DNA of 64,000 bases from NCBI GenBank assembly GCA_028534125.1, contig CM052818.1:43216001-43280000 (forward strand). Reading direction: 5' to 3'. Below are positions 12,640 to 22,704 of this stretch, piece by piece. Within the stretch, counting starts at the first letter, position 1, and every line of letters begins with the position of its first letter. Under the pieces are notes generated by a model. It saw only the letters and a list, made by a program, of their open reading frames with translations, made no database searches and was not told the DNA's origin. The DNA is from Lama glama (taxonomy: Eukaryota). The position numbers were made by a program, and so were the translations under genes.

Positions 12640-13210
12640 TGGCAAAATTTATTTCCCAAGTGGCTACAGTGATATTCTCCATCCCACATGCTTGTCTTAT
12701 GCTGTGACCTTGACACTTTTTTTTCATCAAATAATGGGGCCTAAAAATATGGAGTCTATGTCCCCTACCCTTGAAACTAGGCAGAGTCTTGTGAGTGTCT
12801 CAACTAACATAAAACAGGAGAATTAATGGTACATGATGTCTGAGTTTGGACCATAAGAGTGCCATACACTTCCAACGTGTTCTGTTGGATCACTCACCCT
12901 TGGGATCCAGCAATCACGTGGTAAGCAACGCCAAGCAGCTACGAGAAGAGATCCCGCCAACCGTCTCAATTGAAGCTGGCATCAATGATTAGACCTATAA
13001 GAGAGGGAACCGTCAGGTAAGCCAGGCCCTGACATTAAGTCACCCTAGCCTTCCCAGGAGATGCTCAGAAGTGACGAAGCAGAGACAAGCCATTCTGTCT
13101 GTGCCCTTTCCAAATGGCTGCCCCACAGAATCTGTAGCATAATAGAATGGTGGTTGTTTGAATACGTCGCTAAGTTTGGTGTGGTTGTCATGCAGTAATA
13201 AGGACCCAGA
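12640..13210 (+). mobile_element. MaLR solo LTR (MLT1H-like)
   Basis: atggagtctatgtcccctacccttgaa...cagagacaagccattctgtctgtgccctttccaaat...cccacagaatctgtagcataatagaatggtggttgtt...ctaagtttggtgtggttg. Confidence 0.75.
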
Positions 13211-14916
13211 TCTGTATAGCCAGGGCCACCACACTTCCCGCTGTGCTGTGTTGTGTTGCCCATTTCCATTGGACAGTTTTACTCACAAGGAACTAGACCC
13301 TTTGTGGAGCAGACCTGTTTTGTTATTAGTCTTGAGGAATGCGCAGTGGCCTTTGTTTTGAATTTTGAACTCATCTGAACTGCCTTTTATTTCCTCTGGC
13401 ACACATTTGCCATCTTGTGCTCTCAGATTTTTCCTGGCATGAAGTAGTCATAACAACCCACTTTATCTAACCTCAAAGATTCATGCACATGTGAAAGAGC
13501 TTTGCTAACAGTGAATTTGATTTTGCAGATGGGAAGAATTGTTACAGCTGTCAATAACAACTATTTAGCAGTTTTCATAGACATTTTGATTACATTGGTG
13601 TCAAGCTTTGCAAATTTCTTTCATTATCTCTGCTTCTATCTGATTTCCGACTTCACACTACTACAGAGACCTACAGAGATAAGACTTAATGCAGACATAA
13701 AATTGAGAGGCTCTAGAAGGCTACATAATTTACATCCTCCTATGTATCCAACCAGAATTCTAAGACTATTCTGGCTAAGACTGACCAGAATAAAACAAAA
13801 AAAACAATAAAAAACTATGCTTTAAACTTTGAGGGACTCAAACTTTTCACGTGGGAACACATAAACAAATTGAGAGTGCATGGGGTGCAGTTTATATTTT
13901 AATATCTGGGAGATAATTGGAAGATATTTTATATTGCAGGATATTCTAGGTTTTGGATTAACTAAATTCTTGCTTAATTATTGTTCGATGAGCATGTTTT
14001 GGTACAACCACTGAGTTGGATAACATTAAGGTAAAAAATGGGAAAGAAGAGGGTCCGTATCTCAATGTGTGAATTGGCTTTGGGGAAAATGTAACTGGAA
14101 TAATAGTCCTACACATTGAGGTGATTTCCGGAGACAACATTAAACAGATAATTATAAGAAACCATGAGCCTTAGTATGTCATTAATCCTAGGAGGTTACA
14201 AAGGGTCAACTGTAAGGTTTAAAATGTGAACTTAAAAAGGTAAAGTGTTCTGATTCTTTTATGAGTTCCTCCTTCTAGAGAGTTATTAATAGTTCTCACT
14301 GACAACTGAACTGATTGTTTAACTCTACAGAGTAACAGAATAAGAAAATACGGGGGATTGCCACGAACAATTACCTACCTATAAGGGAGATAAAGGAATT
14401 TCCCCTCCATCTTTGCATCTCCTTCCCAAAGGCTGTCGTTTGGGATAAAGACTAACTTGAGTCTTGGTGCTAGGGATTGGAGTTTTTAGAAGAGTGACTA
14501 AAAGTTCAAAAGTTCTATATGTTTTGAAATACTATTTTTCTTTTGTCTTTTTTTGGTATATTTTTAGTTTTGCTGTGACGTGAGATATTAAAAGTCATTT
14601 CAGTATGTGCTGTTTGTGTCCTATTGTTTTGGCTATTCTGGGCCAGAGGAAGGAGATGAGGAAGGAGGAAAGCAGGGAGGAAGGATACTCTCTGCCCCAA
14701 ACCCTGTGGCTCCTTTAAGAGACAAAAGTATCTGGTTGGAAGAATAATGCAGTACACCAAGCTCCCTGTTGATCGTGAGGCGGGAAGCCCCATAAAAAGA
14801 CTGGCAGGACCCCTAGGCAGGACCGCTGCTCTCCTTTTAGCACCGTCCAGTTCCCTGGCCCAGAGGCTTTATCTCACTTTTTGCCTCTAAAGCGGCTAAC
14901 TTACACCTAGAATTCT

Positions 14917-15240
14917 ATTGGCTCCCTGAGTTGACTCCTGATTGGTTATTAATCTCACTCCTGATTGGTTATTACTCTCACTCCTGATTGGCTATGACTC
15001 TCACTCCTGATTGGTTATTAATCTCACTTCTGATTGGTCCACTTCCCTAACTTCTGATTTTTCCATTTGTAGTACTTCATTTGCATGGAGCTCACTCCTG
15101 ATTAAATCGGGCTATTTCTACAAAGCTTGTTCCCTGATTGGTTGACTTCTGTTGTACTTTATTTGCATATGATGTTACAAAGTGTAAAACTGGCAGCCTA
15201 TAAAAGGCATGTGTAACCCTACAGACGGGGTCCAGAGCTT
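14917..15240 (+). promoter_or_regulatory. LTR promoter: 7 CCAAT (NF-Y) boxes, 2 octamers, TATA box; predicted TSS about 15225-15232
   Basis: ATTTGCAT at 15079-15086 and 15161-15168; TATAAAAG at 15199-15206; ATTGG x7. TSS position is inferred from typical TATA spacing. Confidence 0.7.
14933..15040 (+). repeat. 23-bp tandem repeat (~4.7 copies, unit CACTCCTGATTGGTTATTAATCT), each unit with an inverted CCAAT box
   Basis: ATTGG at 14941, 14964, 14987, 15010 and 15033 (exact 23-bp period), plus 14917 and 15137. Confidence 0.95.
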
Positions 15241-15435
15241 CCTGAGTGCTCCAACTTCAGTGCTGTGTGGTTTCTCGCCCGGATCGCGGATCCAGGTAGC
15301 TGTCCCAACTGAGCTATAACACATTTTTCCGCAACAATTGAACAGAGCCTCAGTCAACCAACCAGAATGGTGAGTGGGGCTTAAAGTTTTAGGAATTATC
15401 TTCAAATTGTTCCTTTATAGGTAAGAGGAAAAAGA

Positions 15436-16263
15436 GATTGGATTCCGCGGGCGTCAGGCCGTCGGTGTTGGCAGCAGTGTCGGCGGTGGCCGGTGGGGAA
15501 TGGCGGAGTACTTGGCTTCCATCTTCGGCACCGAGAAAGACAAAGTCAACTGCTCATTTTATTTCAAGATCGGAGCGTGTCGCCATGGAGACAGATGCTC
15601 TCGGCTGCACAACAAACCGACCTTTAGCCAGACCATCTTGATTCAAAACATCTATCGTAATCCCCAAAACAGTGCACAGACGGCTGGCGGCTCACACTGT
15701 GCCGTGAGCGATGTCGAGATGCAGGAGCACTATGATGAGTTTTTTGAGGAGGTTTTCACGGAGATGGAGGAGAAGTACGGGGAGGTGGAGGAGATGAACG
15801 TCTGTGACAACCTTGGAGACCACCTCGTTGGGAATGTGTACGTGAAGTTTCGCCGTGAAGGGGATGCAGAAAAGGCCGTGATTGACTTGAACAACCGCTG
15901 GCTTAACGGGCAGCCTATCCATGCCGAGCTCTCCCCTGTGACCGACTTCAGAGAAGCCTGCTGCCGGCAGTACGAGATGGGAGAGTGCTCGCGAGGAGGC
16001 TTCTGCAACTTCATGCATCTGAAGCCCATTTCTCGGGAGCTGCGGCGGGAGTTGTACGAGCAACGTCGCAAGAAGCGTAGGTCGAGGTCCCGGTCCCAGG
16101 AGCGTCGCTCTCGGTCGAGAGACCGCGGTCGAGGCGGAGGCGGCTGCGGCGGCGGCGGATGGGAGCGCGACTGGAGGCGGTCGAGAGATCGGGAGAGATC
16201 CGGGCGGTTCTGAGCCATGCCGTTTTTACGAATGTCTGCTGGAGGCAAGTCGTGACTGGCCCA
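15436..16263 (+). other. U2AF1: Full extent of the U2AF1 cDNA insertion (GC-rich 5'UTR, CDS, ~50 nt of 3'UTR; no poly(A) tail)
   Basis: Abrupt switch from AT-rich flank to CpG-rich 5'UTR-like sequence (ccgcgggcgtc...gcagcagtgtcggcggtggccggtggggaATG). After the stop, tgagccatgccgtttttac...atgtctgct resembles the start of the U2AF1 3'UTR as I recall it. Ends next to MER5A. Confidence 0.75.
15500..16213 (+). CDS. U2AF1: Intronless retrocopy of splicing factor U2AF 35 kDa subunit, isoform b (exon Ab); intact 237-aa ORF (retrogene or young processed pseudogene)
   Basis: Translation [44 protein letters not shown]...[11 protein letters not shown] is recognisably U2AF1, with two CCCH fingers, a UHM, an RS domain and a Gly tract. 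No introns, whereas the parent gene is multi-exon. [13 protein letters not shown] and the RS/Gly tail distinguish it from U2AF1L4. Strong Kozak context GGAATGG. Confidence 0.96.
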   Translation: MAEYLASIFGTEKDKVNCSFYFKIGACRHGDRCSRLHNKPTFSQTILIQNIYRNPQNSAQTAGGSHCAVSDVEMQEHYDEFFEEVFTEMEEKYGEVEEMNVCDNLGDHLVGNVYVKFRREGDAEKAVIDLNNRWLNGQPIHAELSPVTDFREACCRQYEMGECSRGGFCNFMHLKPISRELRRELYEQRRKKRRSRSRSQERRSRSRDRGRGGGGCGGGGWERDWRRSRDRERSGRF

Positions 16264-16266
16264 AGA

Positions 16267-16390
16267 CTGTAGTTCTCCAACTGTGGTATCCAGATCAGCA
16301 TCACCAGGAAATTTGTTAGAACTGTTGATTCTCAGACCGCACCACAGACCTACTGAATCAGCCAGTGTTGAGGTGGCGAGCAGCATGTTT
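16267..16390 (+). mobile_element. MER5A-like hAT-Charlie MITE fragment
   Basis: ctgtagttctccaactgtgg...cagcatcaccaggaaatttgttagaa...cagacctactgaatcag matches the MER5A pattern. Confidence 0.8.
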
Positions 16391-18558
16391 TTGTATCTTT
16401 CTTTCGTCTTTTGAATGATGTCACATTGTTCTTTTTATTTTTCACCTGTGAGACTAATGAGTTAAAAAGAGACCAGGGATCTCTTTAAAAAGCTAAATAA
16501 AATTTAAGTAGCCAACATGTGAAAGGCTCTGATTAAGTAACTTTTGAGAGTCCAGGGCCCATACTTAGCAGGCAATAGTGCATTCCATAATCGCTTTTTA
16601 TGTTCTTAAAACTACGGGATTTGTGAAGTCAAACATGGAGAATGGTACAGCCATATTAAGTCACAGCTTTAGGGTTTATGTCCTTGGTCCACTCATTCTT
16701 GAGAAGATGGCTAAGTATATACAAATCTATTCAATAGTTAATACAAAATATTTTCTGATTTATAGCATCCTTTCACATTTGTTTTTACAGTTATTAGAAA
16801 AGTCTATGAATTATACGTTAGTCTCATTTTATAGTTGAGAGGAATGTGTTGAGAAAAGTTACAGACCTACTCACAGTCACTAAACCGAGTACAAATCAAA
16901 TCCAATTCTTCTGTTCCCATATTTTATATCCTTTCCATGTTGAAGAAATAAAAGTCCAAGGAAGTAAATAAACAGAAGTACCAACTATAACACTTTATAT
17001 TTACCATAGAAGAGTGATAAAAATATAATTGCTGGCACATTGAAAATTAATACATAGGAAGAAGAGAGTATAGTAAGTCAATACAATACAAGCCAACCAA
17101 CTAATAGGATTCCTAAAGCAGACGTGAGAGCCCTTACATACGCAGTGTGCTCATAAAGGCTGATTGTTTTAGTGATGAGGTTTCCTAGGTTAAACTAATC
17201 ACGGTTATGTATTACAGTATTCAAAGTTCTCAAATTGCCCATAAGTAATTTAATACATCTGACCTGAATGGTTGCAGGCACTGCCAAGACACATTTGTGG
17301 AGCTGCATTATCATCTAGACTATAATGTTACATAGAGCTAATCCAAATGTTGGGTTTTTTTTTTTTTTCCCTCTAAACTTCCTTATGAATGTCAAACAGA
17401 TAAGTCTGATTTGGGTATCAATAAAGGCCTTTAAAGTGACTTCTCCAGAGACGTTGCATCCCCTCTGTGCATGCACAGCGGTCCCGCAGGCTCACAGGTG
17501 GAGGCTGGCCTTGACTGACAAAGTGGGAGAAATATTTTGCTGTGAAGGAGTTTAACCACCATAAAAGATAATTTGCTTGTCCAAAAATGAGATAAACTGA
17601 ATCAGGCTTTTAATTACAAGTGCATTGTTATTTCTTTTTGCCTATTACTTTTAAATGAGATTTTAGTGCTGGAGACCTTCAAAGAAAAATAAAAATACAG
17701 TCAAAGCCTTACTATTATTCCCACCAGTAACATGTATGCTTGAAAACTGTGCCTTTTCCAGTATGTTTTATTAAAAAAGTATCATTACACAGAAACATTA
17801 CCGCCCCTGTAAGTAATCCCCAGTGATCATGGAGTTTAAATTTTGGGTTTAGTTAGTCTTAATCTTATCAAAATCTTTAATTTTATGATCTCTGCTTTTA
17901 ATATCTGAAGTATATTATGATGAAGCTTCATATTATTAAAATGCTTGCTTCTCACTTTATCTTCTTTAATAATTTCACAGTTTAAAAAAAGTTCTTGTAC
18001 CTAAAGGAGTGTTATAGAAAAGAAAATGATAGCATGGGTCCTCTAAGTATGGTTATTTAAATTAAAAAAAAATTATGCCATGTGCAGATAGTTCCTTTAA
18101 AATCCAAGGGCACATTGGATCTTTGCTAAAATATGAAATGCAATATGAAACTAAGAATAACCTCTGTACCAAGTGAAATCAAATATAGAAGAATAGTATG
18201 CAATTCTAGTCACCCTGATTAATAGCTGGATGACTTTACGTCGGTTCTTAACGTCTCCATTTCCTCATTGTTTTCCTGTGTTGTTTATGATGGCCAACAG
18301 TGTTTCCCTAAGTTAGCCTTGGGTAATTGCTTATTGGGAAAAATGTAACCGAATTCAGTGCTAGGCTCATACAAGGACATAGTATCTGTCCATCTCATTT
18401 CCTTCCCTGTCTGAAACTGAAGGTAACTTACCTGGGTTCTTTGTTTTATCTTAATGTAGGGAATCTTTGGATTGACTCTGACACATTAATGTGGATAATG
18501 TGAAACAACTGTTTATCACGATCTTAAACAGATTTGAAATTAATGCAAGAAAGTTACA

Positions 18559-18797
18559 CAGTCAGCCCTTCATGTCCACAGGTTCCTTCCCTGTGGATTT
18601 AATCAACCACAGACAAAAATTATTTTAAAAAATTCCAGAAAATTCCAAAGAGTAAAATTTGAATTTGCCTGGTTCCGGCAACTGTTTACATAATTTCACT
18701 CATATTGTATTAGGTAATACATGTAATCTAAGGATGATTTAAAATATGCAAAAGGATAAGTAATACACAAATACTATGTCATTTAATGTAAGGAACC
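18559..18797 (-). mobile_element. MER2/MER2B-like Tigger DNA transposon fragment
   Basis: cagtcagcccttcatgtccacaggttcc...ttccagaaaattccaaagagtaaaatttgaatttgcc...tattgtattaggtaatacatgtaatctaaggatgatttaaa. Confidence 0.75.
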
Positions 18798-19129
18798 AAT
18801 CTCCACCCCACCACCAAAAAACTGTACACGTGTAGTTACTGTGGACCTAACCTAGTATTTCATGTGCTAAAGCACATGTTGGAGGAGGCACTGGCAGGGG
18901 AGCCACCTTCCCCCAAATTACTCAACCTTGGTAAACCTATAATTTATAATGCGGGTTGGGAACAATGCATTACACCACACTAACCATATTATCTCATTAA
19001 CAGTGTAGACACTCAGAATGTCATCCCTGAAGAGAGCTTCAGAGTGTATTTTCAACTGAAGATACTGTTCCACAGGAAATGAAAATAAGACATGGAGGAG
19101 GGAAGAAACTGCTTAATTAGTTGGTTAAC

Positions 19130-19660
19130 GCATGAATTAATGAGTTAGTTCATTTACTCACTTACTCTGTGCATAGTTACTGAGCACTGGTGATGTGCCA
19201 GGCAGAGTGCTAACCTACATGGGAACAATAATGATGGATGATAAAAGCACCAAGCACTACATACAGGGACGATTTGTCCCGAGAAGTCTTTGGAAAGCAG
19301 GAGGCACTGGAGTTTGACCTTAAGGAATAGGAAAAGTTTTGAAAGTGAAAAAAAAAAAAAAAGTGCGTAGGGAGAAGGCAGAAAAGCACGAAGGTAGATT
19401 AAAAATGTTGAGAGTGGCAAGTTCTATGGATGACAAACCAAGGAATCTGTGAACAATTCCCAAATCTCCAGGATACCACGGAGGTGATTTCAGCAAGTGA
19501 ATGTTGCGGACCAATGGTAGAAACAACATGCCGATAGCCAGGAGAAGGTACAGTTGAAAGGAGAACCCCTGGAAGTGACTCTCCTGGTATTAGCAGAGAC
19601 GAAACACACAAATACTGAAATATACTCAAGGTGAAGAGAATGGCAGGAGCACACCCACCA
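19130..19660 (-). mobile_element. L2 LINE fragment
   Basis: Antisense L2 tail: catttactcacttactc...tactgagcactggtgatgtgccaggcagagtgcta. Confidence 0.6.
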
Positions 19661-22600
19661 AGCTTTAACATTTTCTGGGATTCTAGGTCCTTGTTAAGAA
19701 TCTAAATCTATTTAAATAGTGTATGTTTCCTCATAATTCTATGCTATGTGCTCTTCTCTGGTCCAACAATCAAAGAATAGCTATTAGATTCCTTTTTCTT
19801 TATCAGATATAACTCAAGGGTTCGTTATCTAGATGGAAAGGGGGTACATACACAAAACATAATCAAAGCTTAAAGTGGTATCTGGATGAGGACTAAATCC
19901 TATTTCCTGCGGTTATTTATTTTTTTTTCCAGCAACCTAAGAAAGCACTGTGAACTAGGGCTATCATGGTGAGCACCATGAAGGATGCATGGTGGTATGG
20001 AACCCTGAGAACCAGGTAGAATCTAGCAGAACGGAATTAGTCTACTGTTGTACTCAAAGAGATTTCCTTTTTTTTTTTTTCTTTAATAAAGAAGATAATA
20101 TTTTCCTTTCTTATAATACCTACCTCATAGCATTCCTTCACAGTTTAAAATTAAATCTGCTAATTTATATGCAAAGTGTTTTAAAAACATCTGCTGAAAC
20201 AGGTGCTATTTTTTGGACACCTCTGATACGACAAGCAGATTGGAAAGGCAGCATTTTGGGGGTTCAATAGACGGTGACCTAAGACAATTAAGGTAAAATA
20301 TCTCCTTCCTAAATTTCTTTCTTCCTCTTCCCTTTGTCTCTTTTTCCCTCTTAGGCTCCCTCATCGCTCTCCCTCTGCATCCATTCTCCTGTGTGCATTT
20401 GTTGTGTACTACTGCACGCCAGCCCCAGAATTAAACTGACTCCCACTTTCCAGAAGAACACAGAATACATACTAGGGAAGGAGACCAGGTGAACACATAC
20501 AAGCACAGAGGAGATTAGGGAAGGATGCATTTTCCTAGGGAAAAGTGCTTGATATTGTTGATCTTTATCCCCAGTAGCACTCCCCACTGCCACGCAGGTG
20601 TCTGTGATTCTGTGGCACTCAGCCTGCTTGGCATCTTCAGGGTGGGAGAACAGGCAGGGAGGGATAGAGTCCTGCTGGTGGAGGATACCATGAAATGGAT
20701 GTGGATTTCCCAGGCTTATAAAGCTCTAGGTGCTACAGAACTTTGGAACTAGCGTATTCCCTTCTTCCTACCTTTTAGTTTTTTGTCATCCCTGAGGTCC
20801 AAATTCCTCGGGTATAACAACCCAATTACAATGCATGGGCTTCATCTTCTGATCTGATCACGTAAGACACAGAATGGTCCAGTTAGTGTGATCTGGTCCA
20901 CTCACTGATGGAGTCATGAAGTCACGGGTAATAAGACATCACATCTGTCACCCACTGCTCCCCTGGTCTACATCCATTTCAGCCAAGAGGTCTAGTTAGA
21001 AAACGGCCTTACACAACCTTCTTCCTTGTTTGAACATTCGACTTTCATACCAGCTTGCAATAAAGATTTCAAAATATATCTTCTGTTTATACCTCATGTA
21101 TAAACTGGGAACTCTGGTTGTTAATTAAGACTTACAGAGCATATTTTTAGGACAAATTATTTTTAAATGTGTTATTGGTACAAACATCACACTTCTATCA
21201 GTGCCATCTGATTCAAACACTGACAATCACTGCATCTTGAATGGAGGCAGGTTTTGATTGGTAACACCTCTAAAATTAGCTGGGAGAAAATAACAGGCAA
21301 TATTCAGGAGGAATTTTCTCTTCACGTGGCATTTTGCATTTTTAGAGGTACACATTTCCTCTTTTAACACAAAGCAGAGATTGTGTTCCTTTATGAGTCA
21401 CACCACATTGTGAATGATTCTACTGTTCTTAACAGATAAAGGAATGTTCATATTTTTGAAGGGGAGAAGAACACTTATTCACATTATCCTGTTTTGGGTG
21501 CTGGAGAGCGTAGGCTTAAGGATCCATTTCTAATGACAATAGTAGCAGTTTGAATGCTCCCAGCTCGAACATCCCAATGAGCATTGTACCATCTCAATTT
21601 CTGACTTCCAGAGGCTTTATTAATTTCTAGGTTTTTAATATCAGAATAATATAATTTTGATGATAGCCTTTGAGAAAAGGAAGTGACTTTCTGGAGTAGG
21701 ACACTGAAGCTCAGGAAACCAAAATAACAGCTCAAGGTCATACCACTAGTGTCTGAAATGAATGTCTCTCAGTGCACAGATGTTCCTGTCCATATCACAG
21801 AAACAATTTGCAATATCCATTCAAAAAACTTTCAGTAATAACTTGGAAGTACCAAGCCTCTAAACATTTCATTATGCACAAACCAGGGCATTCCTGTAGA
21901 GTTAGAGGATTACCTGAGGTCACTAGGTCCAGACCTTCGCAGGTCACTGAGACTCAGAGAATGAGTGTTCAGTGACCTGCCTTAATTAAGTTATTTATGC
22001 TGAACAGATTTAGGATAGGCATTTGTAATTTTGTATTTGGGGTATTTTCACTCACACACACACACACACACACGCAATGATCCTCCATTTCTGCACACTT
22101 TTCACAAAGACGACTGTCTAGCAATGACGCTTGAGGATGGTCCACATCAGCTGCCCTGAATGGCAGCATTGATGCTTTCTGTCCCTTTTCATTCATTTGC
22201 TCTTCTTATGGGACTAGACCAACATTTGTCTCAAGCCAAATTTAATTCCTACAGCTCTGAATCCCTGGTTTGTGTGCTAACTTTCAACAATGGATTTAAG
22301 ATCTCTAAATGATGGAGCACTTATTTGGGGAAAAAGTTAACAACCTCCACTTGCACATAAATGATGAACTTGGGACTTGAATCTTGGAGAGACTTTCTCA
22401 CCAAATCAAATAGTTTTCTATTCTGTGATTTTTATACTTTTCCATATAGAAAACCCTAGATGACAATCCTTAGAGAAAAGGTAGTTAATAATAGAGCACA
22501 AATCTACCCAGGTTCAAGTTCAGTTGGGAACATATTACTTTAAATAAAATTTTAGAAATCCACTCAAACACCTACATAAATGCTTCAGTTACCTTCCCCA

Positions 22601-22704
22601 TTTGTATCTGCAGCTGTAGTGTCCAGCTCACAGATTCACACTGCATAAGCATTCAGTGAAGTTCTGTAAATTTTATGCTCTTACTATTCCATTTAAAATA
22701 TATC

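Larger units (their letters stand above)
14735..15336 (+). mobile_element. ERV-type (ERV1-like) solo LTR upstream of the U2AF1 retrocopy; left boundary uncertain (about 14735 or 14767)
   Basis: U3-like CCAAT tandem array, octamers, TATAAAA at 15199, R/U5-like tgagctataacac and terminal ...ccgCAACA (15336). TGTTG at 14767 is a possible matching 5' end. No clean TSD found. Confidence 0.75.

Noticed and set aside
14933..15040. CRISPR-like appearance of the 23-bp repeats
   Set aside because: Head-to-tail tandem units without unique spacers, in a mammalian LTR.
15438..15641. 67-aa plus-strand ORF overlapping the U2AF1 start
   Set aside because: Starts at TTG, is out of frame with U2AF1 and has no recognisable similarity.
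15500..16213. Identification as U2AF1L4 (U2AF26), ZRSR1/2, or the parental U2AF1 locus
   Set aside because: The RS/Gly C-terminus and diagnostic residues match U2AF1; the lack of introns and the private substitutions exclude the parental gene.
15730..16386. 218-aa and 123-aa (15692-16063) antisense ORFs, plus 16011-16304
   Set aside because: Shadow ORFs of the GC-rich U2AF1 coding strand; no recognisable protein, and the longest starts inside MER5A.
15429..16472. AAAAAGAGA at 15429 and 16464 as a possible retrocopy TSD
   Set aside because: It would place the far older MER5A inside the young insertion; low-complexity match likely by chance.
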